From the NCBI RefSeq assembly GCF_002113885.1, contig NW_018408787.1:247185-311184 (forward strand): a DNA stretch of 64,000 bases, read 5' to 3'. Positions 27,215-40,410 of the stretch are shown in pieces. Numbering within the stretch: the stretch's first letter is position 1; every line of letters begins with the position of its first letter. The notes below the pieces were generated by a model, which was not told where the DNA came from, ran no database searches, and was given only the letters and a program-made list of their open reading frames with translations. A program made the translations under genes and the position numbers. The DNA comes from Mizuhopecten yessoensis (taxonomy: Eukaryota).

Positions 27215-30200
27215 ATGAAAGTAGTTTTGGATGGAAAGAAATATAGACTAAGCAAGGAGACAGATCGACTTTGCAGTTGTTGGCCCGAAAGCTTTGTCAG
27301 ACATACCTTCTGCGTCTTTGTTTGTGTATATATACTTTGGTCAGCGTATGAGATTGTCAACTTGAAAAAGGAGATACACCTACTAAAAGATGGTCATGGT
27401 TCAAAATCGGCTGAATACAAGGTAAACAAACCCACGACGGATATGGTCTCTCGTCCCGATACATCGCATACGTATGCAAACTGTAAACGTTTTATTGTGC
27501 ATTTTCTGTTTACTATCATGCATATGGACATTGATTTTAATTAGATGATTTTATCTAAAAGTTATTCTGATGATTAATTTTCGATTTCTATTAACATCAC
27601 AATAAATGTTTAATTTTTAAAGACATTTATTATTAAACATATTAATAAACACTGCACACGTGGATACATTTGCTTACAGATAAGTTCAGTATCTTATTAA
27701 TTTTAATTTTCTATTCCTGCATGTCGGGACATTTAAAATATCGTTTAATATTATTCAAATTATCCGGATCATTTTCTATTTTGGTTTAATAATCCTTTCA
27801 TTTTAATAATAATTGTATGCCTTTCGGTTCGTTGCCATTTGAAATTACATCAACGTTTTTTTTCTCAGTTCAAGTGTGAATGCAAATGTATTACTTACGT
27901 TTTTTTCAAAGCATTTAATTGAATTTATTACATACTTTATATAACATATATTGGTCACAGAGGAGTTCATTGAGTTCTAAAACCAGTCATCTATAAGTGG
28001 TGGAAGGGGAACACCACAACATCCCACAGGAACATTCACTTGACGACACAGGTTTCATATAACTTTAAAGGAATTTATTTCTTGGAAAATATCACTTTAG
28101 AAATTTACGGGTTTTCTATGCTTAGAAATCCCATATTCTGATAGATTATGTATTTTTTATTAGATTCTTGGAAATACCTTTGAACACGTGACAACTGATA
28201 ACATACCCTTGACCTTGGATGACACGTACGACGGAACCCATAATGTGTTTGAAGAACCTGTATTTCATCGTGTTGAACGGGCAGTTCATACAAAGGGTAA
28301 AAGAAAACGAAAACAAAAATCTGGTACTTATTTTTACTAACACTTTCATTGGTAATGCTACCTAGCCCTTAAATTGTATCTAAATTGATGCTTACCTTTA
28401 TAATAGAATTGGTAACATTATATATATGTATGTATTATTTGAAAATTCACACTTACAGCATTCTAACACGGAAATACATTATAATTTATAATGCATGGGT
28501 GTGGTTGCGAAACATTTGATAACTAAATGCTGTATTTTTTTCTGGTTGAGTTCGTATTCTATCCTTGTGTATTTAAATGAAAGAATGGTATCTTTTTACC
28601 ACATTGTCATTATTACAAACATCGTGTTCTGTGGAACAGGATGGCAAAAGCTAACGTCATAACAAGATTTTTACACATTTATTAGTGTAGTATATTTATA
28701 TGACTGGTGTTGTAGTTTGTTAACATTTTGACACGCTTGAAATGCACAAACACGTAAATGATTTAAGTGTGCTTCAAGTTATCATCCTTTTGTGTGTGTG
28801 TGTGTGATAAACTAATTTAACGGCATGTGTCGGTTTAACAAGTTACATGTATAACATAGATATACAGATCATCACATGCAGCTGATGACTAGCAATATAT
28901 TCATGATATTGTAGCCAGCACAACTCTTATGGAGATATATTACTTTGTGAAATGCCTGATTGTATACTTTGTCCAAACACTTAATCTTCTAAATCCGATT
29001 CATGCTATACCTTGCAGGTCACTGGCATAGCTTTACGCTTTGTCAGATACATAATTACAGCAAACCCACTTATTACTAAACCACACTATGCCTGACTGAT
29101 CAGCGATATGATAAAATATAATACATACTAAATAAAATATTTCAGCAATATCTATGATCTGTTTTATTGAAATTCGTTAAGCTATACTCACGATAATTTC
29201 TGATCGATACAAAATAACGGTGACCGTGATTACTATAACGAGTAATCATGACACGTTTCAGCTTTTCATTACACTAAATAAAGGCATACTCAAACCATTT
29301 TATTGAGCTTGTTATTCATTTTGATATAGTTGTTTCGCACAAAAAATGTCTTCTTTTAATAGAAAGCTGAAAATATTTTTATTTATCATTTATGTATACT
29401 AACGGTACAAAGTTATTAAGGTCCTGAATATTGCTTTCCAATTACCACTAAAGAAAAAAAGCGGAAATGTCCAAAGAAATGTAGAGGCCCTCGTGGTTTT
29501 CGGGGATTGAACGGCAAACCTGGAGTTAACGGCACGAAGGGTGTTCAAGGGAGTCCCGGGATAAGCGGACCGCCAGGGGAACGAGGACTCACGGGTCCCA
29601 TGGCGCCACCGGGACAGCCTGGACTTCCTGGTAAGACTACACGCCATCCCTTCAGATGCTTAACATTTATTACATATACACACAAAATATAGCTTTTTCG
29701 CCTAATATATATTTTTGAAAGAGATTCACATCAAACATTAAAAATAAATTTAAATTTGATTCGTGATAAACAGTCACACAACTTTCTTCAGAAATATTTC
29801 AAACTGTAAATATAATGATTTTTTTAGCTTTGCTTAAAATCTCCATTTTTTTTTTTGTTGCATACGTTTTCAGAAATTGCTGTATTCAACAATTTCATTA
29901 CTCAATGTAGACTACTTAATTGCAGAATAAACCTTATGTAACATCAACACTTTAATGGTATAGTGAATTATATCCGATTTTCAAAATTTCTGTTTCAGGA
30001 ATACAAGGAGCGAAAGGAGAGTCGGTAGGTCATTACGTTTATCGAATTATCCGCATTCACCAGAAACTGCATATTTAAACTTGTAAATTAAAGCAAAAGG
30101 GAAATACAAGAACCTCAGCTAATCGAAAGTTTATGGTATTTGTTGGTTAGAATTATTGTCATATTAAATTTGTAACCTGAATAGCCAGTTACATAAAGGG

Positions 30201-31761
30201 TTCTAGTTCCTTCAACTTGTTCATATCTCAGTATCGTATCACAAGTCAGTGGTATGTCTGTATACTTTCCTCAAGAACAACAGTTAACCCACCAGTTTCT
30301 AAAACGTGTTTTACCTGACAGATCAGCGTCATGGCGGCACATTTCATCCCAGGTTTACCATCTAAACAAGACATGACCAGCGTTGACTCGCGAACAGGTA
30401 AGCTTCTTAGATTTTGAATGATTGAAATACTATCTACACAATTAACATTTCTGATTTTGAAAAACAACAATAAAATACAATTTTTAAGCATTTGACGGTA
30501 ATTGATAGTGTAGTATTGTCTCGTGTTGGACATATGGTATAAAGTACATGTCTTCCAGGATTTCGCAACAGACATACCATGTAAGTATACCAAATGTTAT
30601 ACAGACTGCTGTTATACTGTTTGTTCATTTGTAGATTCAATGGAATGTGTGAAGATGTGGGGAGGGGACTATTGTGCATCAGATAACACTTTCCACAGCA
30701 AAGGTAGGCAACATTACCGTGCACTGTAAAAAGGAAGGGCACATGTGTTTTTCATCTTAGAAGGCCGTGTATGCGTTTAATCAATAATTAATCAGATGTT
30801 AATCAGAAGACGTCACATTCAACATCGACTAATATATATTTAACAAGTGATGGTAGAAAAATACTTACACCTGACACCTGTAAGTAAAGTCGTGAACAAA
30901 TACTGAATGATATTTCAGGTAGCTGCTTATCATTTCATACCGCTGCTGAAATATTATATTTTAAACTTTAAACCTTTAAAAAAATCATATAAGTGTAATA
31001 AACGAATATATATTTTATCAAAACTTTTATGGGTAAAATTGTGTCATACCTTTTATCTCCAGTTGATAACCATGTTATGGAGTTCCTGACGATCCAATCC
31101 TTGATAAATGACGTGAAACATCCCATTGAGAGGCTGTTGAATGGGAGATTCAATGTCCTGTACACCGGCCTCTACCTGTTGTATATAAACGTAAGTGATT
31201 AATTAAAATGCCAATCATTCTTTGAATGCATACTGTAACCTTTCGTTAATTTTCCATGTATCATTGACGCCAGCAAGTAAATAATGAGATATTGCATATT
31301 ATACCATGTATACAACTAATATTTTGTGAAAAGATAGCTAAACAATAATTCTTACAAAGAAAGCCCATAAAACATATTTTCTCTAAAACTAAGCTGTACT
31401 ATTATTTGACGTTTTAGGCGGTAAAACCTAAAACAAAAATTAATACAGCATGTTTTCTATCATCTAGTCTCAGTCTCTGGTCCGGGATCTACACCACGAA
31501 ATGGGTCTGTTTATTGGTGATATCAACTGGAAGAGAACAGATATGGAGCTGTCATGTATTGTGGCGACCGACCACTTTCACGAAAGCATGACCAACAGGC
31601 GGATCAAATACAAGGGAGCTAGGACAAAGTCGTGTGGAAACGTTGGCATGTTCTACATTCAAAAGGGTCAAACGATATCTGTTGTCATCACCAGCTCCGA
31701 CAGGGCTATACTGCTTAATAAGCACACAAACTTTGGAGCCGTGTTACTATCACAGGGCTGA
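27215..31761 (+). CDS. TNF superfamily ligand gene 3, ectodysplasin-like, closest paralog of gene 2 (~378 aa, 8 coding exons)
   Basis: Exons: 27215-27421 (TM; alternative ATG at 27194); 28164-28323 (RVER|AV, KRKRK); 29454-29630 (CPKKC + collagen); 29999-30024; 30322-30397 (AAHF); 30635-30703 ([10 protein letters not shown]); 31063-31190 (TGLYLLYIN); 31468-31761 (TNFGAVLL). The 69- and 128-nt exons match gene 2 in size. Confidence 0.92.
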
Positions 31762-33289
31762 ACGACATTCAACAAACATAAACACATAGTCATAGATGCA
31801 CAATGCGAAAAAAACTTCAGACTGCCAGGTTAATTCCCTGAGGTCATTCTACCATTAACTGGTCTCAAACAGGAAGATATTCATTAACCCCATACCATTA
31901 ATCGTTCAGTCATTTTTTGCTTAATAAAGTTTAAATGGTTTTCTCGAAGCATCGTAATATAACTTAATTTAAAGCAAAGAGTTCGAAATTGTTTCATATC
32001 TGCAGTGCGCAAAGATAACATGAAAGACTATTGTTTATGCCTTTGATTAAGGTTTCAATTTGAATAGCATTATTTTGATTTCTAAATAAACAATTTAACA
32101 TTGTAATCATGTACTATTAGGATATAAGAGCATGAAGTGTATGCTTTTCAGATGATACGTTTTCGTATATGCACTCTGCTGAGGTTTATTGTAAAAACAT
32201 CATCATCAAACACTAAAAGGCAATATGATGACTTTGCCTAAATTTGTGTGCGAAATTGTCCGATCCCACTTAGATATGGAAAGTGTCATATTTCCTGTTA
32301 TTGTTAAACAATAATTTGTTTTTTATTACGTCGTTCTTTATAGTTTTGGATCTCATTCATTGGATGACTTTTGACGTCATTGTAAAAGAGTATATATGTA
32401 TATTTCTGTAAATTTATTTTATTATGATTTTTATTTTATATGTTGTAATATACAATTAAGTTTTGCATTGTATTAATAAAATGATAACATTGTATTTTGA
32501 TTTAATTTGTTTTGTTATTTTGATATGTTGTCGGATTCTTTATTTACAATTGCTTCCTCATCCAAACCAGTTACTGTTAATGCATGATGTCAGATAAATC
32601 TGAAATGCTCAAGTCGAACAACGCAAACTTTTCATTGAATGGGCAACATTGATTGTTTTTGAGAAACACCCAGAACTAGCTCGGTGCTTATATCATATAG
32701 CTTATACTTAAGAATATAAATCTACTTATTAGGTCATTTTGTATTTCGGTGACATCGTTTAAAGTCTTCCTTATCTAGAAGCATTTCTAAAGAGCAAACA
32801 TGAGCATTAACATGCAAGGACAAACTACAAGTGACATTTAAACAAATCAAAGGGAAATTACGTTCTTTAGAGGAGAATTAATTCCCGAAATACATGTTTG
32901 AGGCTAACTAAAGTTCAAATAGTAGTCGATTATCCCCATTCTTTTTCAATAGGGGTTTAAACCAATTTGGGTCCCAGCCTTTTTACCCTTAGCGTCACTG
33001 GGAAGTATTTAAATAATGATAAAGCTGTAAGATGCAGAGTAATTTATTTTGGCATACTGTATCAAATACCCATTACATCATTCAACAACATAAGCCATTG
33101 TGATCATATCCCTAACCACTGACATATGTAGTTAGTCATATTTGCTTTATAGTTTAGAATCTAGTCTCTTAGCGTACGAAGTACACAGACAGCAAAACTA
33201 GTGTCACTATATCAATTCAATACGGCAATTTAGGAGGAGAGATAATCGGAACCTAACCAACCCATTTCTCTTTGCCCCTTTGCCTTGTT

Positions 33290-36192
33290 TCAAACATCAA
33301 ATATTGTACCCATCATCATGTTTCCTATTAAATGCAGGAACATGTGTTACAATACATACATCATGTAGTGATCATTGTGCTATTAGTACCACAATTTCAT
33401 TTAAGACACTTAAGAAAAATACTTTTAAAAAAGCTTCGATATATTTTAATAATGCATACTTTGCCAGTGCTAATACTTATTTATCAACAATTGATCCGGA
33501 TGAAGAGCTGAGTAATATTGATGATATTGAAATCTTAAACTAAAATTGTATCCAATAAGCTAATGACTTGTATTGACAGATTTGTACCAAACAGGACAGT
33601 GACAATTAGACCTAATGATAAAATATGAATGAATAATGAAATCCGGCTGAAAATGAGGAAGAGAAATAGGCAACATTATAAGGCTAAGCAAATAAATCCT
33701 GCCACCTCGTGGGATAAATACAGACAATTACGTAATTCAGTTATTTCAATGATTAGAGATGCGAAATAAAATATCTTAGCAAATTACAAAATTCTCTTAT
33801 TGACAAAAATATCCCTCTGGGTAAATGGTGGAGAATTGCCAAATCTGTTCTTCCCTCTAAAAAGAAAAAAATGATACAGATCAATATCAATATTACTGAG
33901 CAAGATGTTTATGACCAACTTCAACTCATTATTCCAAAATAGCCAGCAGGTCCTGATGCAATTCATCCTAGGTTTATCAAAGGTGTATCTGAATCTCGTG
34001 TAAAGTAATTACATATTCTTCTTAATAAATCAGTGGAATCCGGTCAATTACCTAAAGTCTGGAAAAATGCCAATGTCACAGCTGTATATAAGGGCGAAGG
34101 TGAGAGAAGTGACCCATCAAACTACAGACATACAGACATATGTCTATCACTCTTCTGTTTAATTAAATGCTTGAAAGAATTATGTTCAAATATTTGTTTA
34201 ACTATCTTTCAGTAAATCAGATAACTTCTAAGAACCAATCTGGATTCCTCCCCAAAGATTCTACAGTTAACCAGCTATAAGCAATATATGATTCAATTCT
34301 TAAGCAACTTGATAGAAGAAAAGAGGCCAGAATTGTGTTTTGTGATATAAGTAAAGTATTGATAGGGTCTGACATGATGGACTTGTGTACAAATTGAAAA
34401 AATATGGTATTGAAACCATTTTTCTAAATTGGCTTTCTAATTATTTAAGTGATAGACAGCAAAGAGTAATAATTGATGGGTACAAGTCTTCTTGGCGTAC
34501 ACTTACAGCCGGTGTTCCACAGGGCTCAGTCCTCGGGCCATATTTATTTCTGTTATATATAAATGACATAGAAAAATAAATTGAGTCAAATCTGATTTTT
34601 TTTTGCAGATGATATCTCACTATTTGTACTTATAGAAAATGATAACAAGGCTGCTGCTGACATTTTAAACAATGATCTCAATAGGATATCTATCTGGGCT
34701 CATAGATGGGGTATACTATTTAATCCTAGTAAAACAGAAGTTTTCTTGTATCAAATAAATTAAATGCAGATGAAATGCATCCTGATCTCACATTTCTTAA
34801 CAATTTTGTGGTGAAAAAGCATAAACATCTCTGTATTTTTTTTAACAGCCATGGTTTGTTGTCTGATCACATCAATTTCTTATATAATGATACATGTACA
34901 TTAATAAGATGCATTCAATTAGGTCACTCAAACACAAACTTGATAGGAAATCTCTAGAAATGATATAAAAGTCATATCTTGAGTATGCTAGTGTTGTATG
35001 GAATAATTGTAATCAAACTGAATCAGATCTTCTTGAATCTATCCAGCTAGATGCTGCTAGAATAGTTACTGGTCTCCGAAGAGGTACTAGTCATGAAATC
35101 ATCTATAATGAAACTGGATGGGATACTCTTAAGAAACGTAGAAAGGATCAGCAGCATTTATTGTTTTTAAAAATAATTAACCATGTTAGTCCTAATTATC
35201 CTTTTGGAATTGTTGAACCTTACATAGTCAGCAATGAAGCTATGACCCATCATGTGCGACATCAACGCATATTTAATCACCAATTTGTAGATCTAATGCA
35301 TATTTCAACAGTTTCGTTCCTAGCACAATGTCTTGGTTGAATAGACCTGAATGTAACTATTATCATTTGAGATCTATTAGTGAACTAAAAAAACAACAAC
35401 TTGTTCTTCATGCCATACCCCAAAATAATGAAGATATATGTACTAAGATTTTTAAATATGAAGGGACTAGATCTTTTAACATAATATTATGTCAACTTCG
35501 AAATCGTGCAAGTCAGTTGAACCCTGATCTCTTCAGAGACCATCTTAATGATAATCCCTCCTGTATATGTGGTTACAATAATGAAGATATGAGTCACTTC
35601 TTTTTGCATTGCCCTAGATATATGACTCAAAGACAAAATATGATAATATCTCTGTCTCATTTACAGCTTGACACAAATCTAAATTTACACTTTAACTTGA
35701 CCTTAACATTTATGAACATCTAATGTTTAATATTAATATATTGATTAAAGGAAGCAGTTTCCTTAGTGAAAATCTTAACTCAGCTATTCGTGTTTGTGTT
35801 CAGAGATATATAGAATCGACNNNNNNNNNNNNNNNNNNNNNNNNNNNNNNNNNNNNNNNNNNNNNNNNNNNNNNNNNNNNNNNNNNNNNNNNNNNNNNNN
35901 NNNNNNNNNNNNNNNNNNNNNNNNNNNNNNNNNNNNNNNNNNNNNNNNNNNNNNNNNNNNNNNNNNNNNNNNNNNNNNNNNNNNNNNNNNNNNNNNNNNN
36001 NNNNNNNNNNNNNNNNNNNNNNNNTGGCACTGATCTAAGTCTTATGTTCCTAAAGCATGTATGTAAATATTCATAGTTCATTATATTGCTATTGTTTGAG
36101 ATGTACCTCCTGGGAGAGGGCTTGCATAGGCTTTGCCTGTTGCCCAATTCCAATTAAATCTGATTGATTTAATAAAATATTTTGAAATGAAA
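33290..36192 (+). mobile_element. Degenerate non-LTR retrotransposon (CR1/L2-group LINE ORF2) with stops and frameshifts
   Basis: Motifs SDHCAI (end of APE endonuclease), WKNANVTAVYKG..DPSNYR, GVPQGSVLGPYLFLLYINDI, FADD, and a C-terminal C-x-C..E...HFFLHC knuckle. The 3' end AATAAAATATTTTGAAATGAAA lies beyond the assembly gap. Confidence 0.88.
35821..36024. other. Assembly gap (204 N)
   Basis: Run of N. Confidence 0.99.
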
Positions 36193-36517
36193 CAATACAT
36201 ACATGCTCAGCACTAAATCGACACAGAAGCTCGCGCATTGTAAATGTATTAAGAGTAGAGTTCTCTGCAGGGTTTTAAGTTATATCAGTGCCCAAGTCCG
36301 AGTATATGATAGATAGTTGGAAAATAATCAATTATTTACTTCGAACAGTAATGCCTTTATAAGGGTTTCTGAGAACCGCCTACATTATAAATAGATCACG
36401 TTTTACTCTGGTCCCAGATAATATGTACAGTATATATTTGCTTATTCAGAACTGTATGTGACCTATTTTGATTAGTCATGTGCTCCTTAGAGTCAAAACG
36501 AAAGTAGAAATGTTAAA

Positions 36518-39500
36518 ATGAAAACTAACGGAGAACCCAGACAACTCGAAGGGTACAGGAACATAGGAAAGGGCAGTGCGTGTGTATGTGGACATTGGTT
36601 TGCAGTGTTAGCATGTGTTATCTCAACAGGAAGTTGTTTGTGTACAGTCGTCCTTTATCTTGAGGTACGGACTCTACGTGGGGAAGCAGAAAGACAACAT
36701 GTACAGTCACCGGCCTTCAAAACAAGTCATGAAATAAAATCGTCTACTGAGGTAACCACCGTACTCTCCGATGTGCTTGTATGCATTTTTCATGTAATGA
36801 GTCCTTGCGTTTTACATTAGTTGAAGTTAATCGCTTGCTCGTTTGTTAAACATTTCCAATTGATTTTCTCTCATATGATTGTTCTTTTGCAGTACTGATT
36901 CTATTGATATCGCAGCTGTATAGTTATCAAGTAATGCTAATTTTGTAATTATTTTCAGAATACAACGTTAGACCTTCGGACTCAACTGTTAAATAGACAC
37001 GTACACAGCCATACCTATAACAACGGTCACAAAGGCGAAACAAGTGTAACTGGCCTCGCGAGTTACCGTGAGAAACGAAAAACGGGGGAACGAAACAGTA
37101 AATATCATTACAATTTCATTTATTTGTCGAGATTATTTCAAGCTGTAGTTCGTTAGCTATATCCATGTTACTGATATATTAAACATTTATAGAGTCGCTG
37201 GACTGGGCCAGTCGCCAATAAGTAAATAGCTAACATATCATGTTCATCTTGAGTTCGTCATCCTAGTCTGGTCATGCTTAACACTTGTTTGTTACATTTG
37301 CCCACTCATTTTATATGCACAAAAGACTTGTGCAAATTTAACGTTTTTAATTACAGAACAATCCTGTTCATGTCAGAAAGGTGCGAAAGGTTCCAGAGGT
37401 CGAAATGGCAAGAAAGGTAAGCGAGGAAAGAATGGGAAAAGGGGAAAAAAAGGACCAAAAGGCGATAAAGGAGAGACAGCAGTGATAGGGGATATAAATT
37501 TACCAATCGGTAAGTAAACAGCGTCTGTATTACACACGTCTTTATCTAGGCAAACAACAACATTTTATGTTACAAATTTGAGGTAAAATTGTCTCATGGT
37601 TAATCTGAAATTTTATCAGAAGGAAAGTAACGTAACGTACATAATCTACCTAAAGTTCATTATACGGACAATGGTAACCTCTACAATTTCACACGGTATC
37701 TGAAAATTTGCACATATAACCTTTAAATGTTTCCTAAAGTTTACATATTGTAAAGCTGTCCATTACTACATAGTAAACCTGAATTTTACATAATGTAAAC
37801 GTGATTTTCATAACATAGTAAACGCAAAGGTTTTACATTGTAAAGCTAAAGTTTAACATAAGAAATACCTAACGTGTATCTGGGTAAAACGTAGATTTAT
37901 CATATAATAAATTTCAAGTTATAGTGAATGTAAAAAAATAGTAAAATTAAAGTTTTGTTTATCCTATTTGACGGTCAGATAAAGCATGATTTTTTTTATC
38001 CTTTTATACAGTAAGATACACTTTATTTTTCATTTATACCTTTTGAAGGTTAAATAAAGCATTCATTGTTGGTAACTACTTCAGAGTTAGATACAAATGG
38101 CCTAGACTTTAACTTATATGTGATGTATCTTTATTAAAGGAATACCGAGTGGTAATGGTGGGCTACAACCGATAAATGTACGTAATTCTTACTTAAAAAT
38201 CCTAGCATGATATTTTTATAAGCGTATGGAAAACACTATATAACGCATATAATGTGCTGAAATCCTCAAAAATGACAGCAATCAAAAATTGAGCATAAGA
38301 TTATCAAAGACGTGTTAACAGTGTCTTAAATGTATCAAGTGTCCCAACGCTTAAACTTCCGGAACACCATGAATCGCTTGCGGTTTCTGAGGAGCTTGAA
38401 TAATATATATTTAATTTGGAATATTATCGCATTCTTTTGTCTGTTAAAATGCGAACTGTTGAAGGTGTAATTAAGAAAGTCAGTATGTTCCCCTACCTTC
38501 TCTATGAATAAATTAGATGCTATTATGTTCTTCAGGGACATCGCCATGTCCACTTCATCAGTGATTATGACAAAGATGTACCATGGGATGAATTTAAAGG
38601 TAGGTTATTTGGTAAATAGTAGGTTAAATGTTGGCTAGATAGTCCGTTAAACGTTATAGTCACTTTCTCACACATCATTTAGACAATGTCTCCCGTTTTA
38701 CCAGTTTAGGACCTCTCTGAAACCGCTTTGTTTACTTCTATCATTCCCTACTAAATGACAGATAGCCCTTAGAAACAAAACAAATACGCTGATGTCACGA
38801 GAACAATAACATATGACATCAAGATAAGCTTTTGAAAAGAGAAGTCACGTGGACATAAGGATAATAAACATATTACGAATGCTGATTTTCATTGTCTGCA
38901 AACATATCATTGATAGAATGAAAGGAAAAAAATCATCTCCTGCGGTGAGGATAAGTCAGAGAAATTGCAACCATGTGAAATTCTTGAATGTTCAACCCCC
39001 AACTTAATCAAGCCTCTGGTCATATAACCAAGACTTTTACCTCTCAGGTTGTGATTTCTCTGTCACACCATCAAAGTGGTAAACATTCAAACAAACTGTA
39101 GATATGATATTTAGGACGAGCAGCAATTAGTTTAAAGTTTACCTTGGATAGCGTTGCGAACTATCTTTGCTTGACAGCAAACAAAGTAGTAACGTAGTGT
39201 ATTTTAACCATGTTTTGATTTAGCAACTTCTTTTCGGGAAAATTTACGTCTGAACAAATAATGTCATACAGTATATTATAGACATTTTGAACCAGTGTCT
39301 CACACATAAAACATTGGTTTTACAGGTAGAGGGTGTCGTTCACTGTTCGATGGCGAGGTGTGTAGAAATAGAAGGTTTTCTACTACAGGTAAATATACAC
39401 AATGTACCCAAAGAACTGTACCTCAATATGAACATTTAATGACCTTCGATATAACATTTCTGGTCACCGTCTATAACATTTGTATATATATGAATTCGTT

Positions 39501-40410
39501 TCATATTGTTTTGTTAAGGGTTTTAAAGAAAATATTCTTGTTAGGGATTACATGAAATCAGCAGATATTTTGATTTTTGTAATCAACATTGTAAAATCAA
39601 TTTCCTTTATAGCTTCGAAGATATTTTGACCGATTCCGTCATTTTTATTGTAGAGGTACCGAACATATTCCGTTTTCTAAAGGACAGAGAACCACACAGT
39701 GATGTTACGTCACTTCCGGTATCCCAATCGGATGACGGCATTTATCACATTCACCAGACTGGAACATACCTTGTCTACCTTCACGTAAGTGAATTTGTGC
39801 CAGTATCACGGACATAAAGAAATTCTTAGTGTGGCCACAAAATGAGTATACATTAAAATGTAAGATGTGTTATAAATGGAAGATGCGTCTCACGTCCTTT
39901 TGAGTTGATAAACTTAACCTATCTGTTAAAGAACGAAAAGACTCGCTATCGTATATAGAAATGTTATCGCTATGGCATATTAACGGTTTTCGCTGGGTAC
40001 TCCAGTTTCCTTCCATATCCAGATTCCGTGCGAGCTACCATACAGCCAAAGTTATACCTATAAATTGATAGAACTTATTTCACAGTTGTTGTAAAATAAA
40101 TGAAGTTTAATTTAGTTACAAAATTTAATTGTAGGCTGCCATGTGGTCGGTTAACAATACTGGTACGGACGTATTTGCAGTTGTCTTGGACAGACGATCG
40201 AACGGTCGCCCTAGTACAGTTTTCAACTGTCAACCTCTGAACAATACATGGACTGGAAACCATTATGATACTTTGCTTCAGACTTGCATATCTGCTCGAA
40301 CGCTATATCTAAGAAAGAATGACGTCCTCAGCATTTATCTTCTGTCACCTGATGCTGAAATTGATTTGTCAACAGGAGAGACATATTTTGGTGTTCTACG
40401 ACTGATATGA
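36518..40410 (+). CDS. TNF superfamily ligand gene 4 with a Lys/Arg-rich collagen segment (~364 aa, probably 8 coding exons)
   Basis: Exons: 36518-36751 (TM); 36959-37097 (REKR furin site); 37357-37509 (CSC + 11 Gly-X-Y); tentative micro-exon 38085-38119 (needed for phase 1->0; weak donor); 38536-38599 (HVHFIS); 39326-39388 (CRSLFDGEVC); 39654-39784 (IHQTGTYLVYLH); 40135-40410 (TYFGVLRL). Confidence 0.85.

Noticed and set aside
27961-28051. Possible extra stalk exon of gene 3
   Set aside because: Stops in all three frames and an incompatible phase; exon 1 joins 28164 in frame without it.
35723-36153. ORFs spanning the N run
   Set aside because: Artefacts of the assembly gap.
39224-39270. 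Alternative strand-A exon for gene 4 (NFFSGKF)
   Set aside because: Needs phase-2 entry; 38536-38599 fits the phase pattern and the HF motif better.
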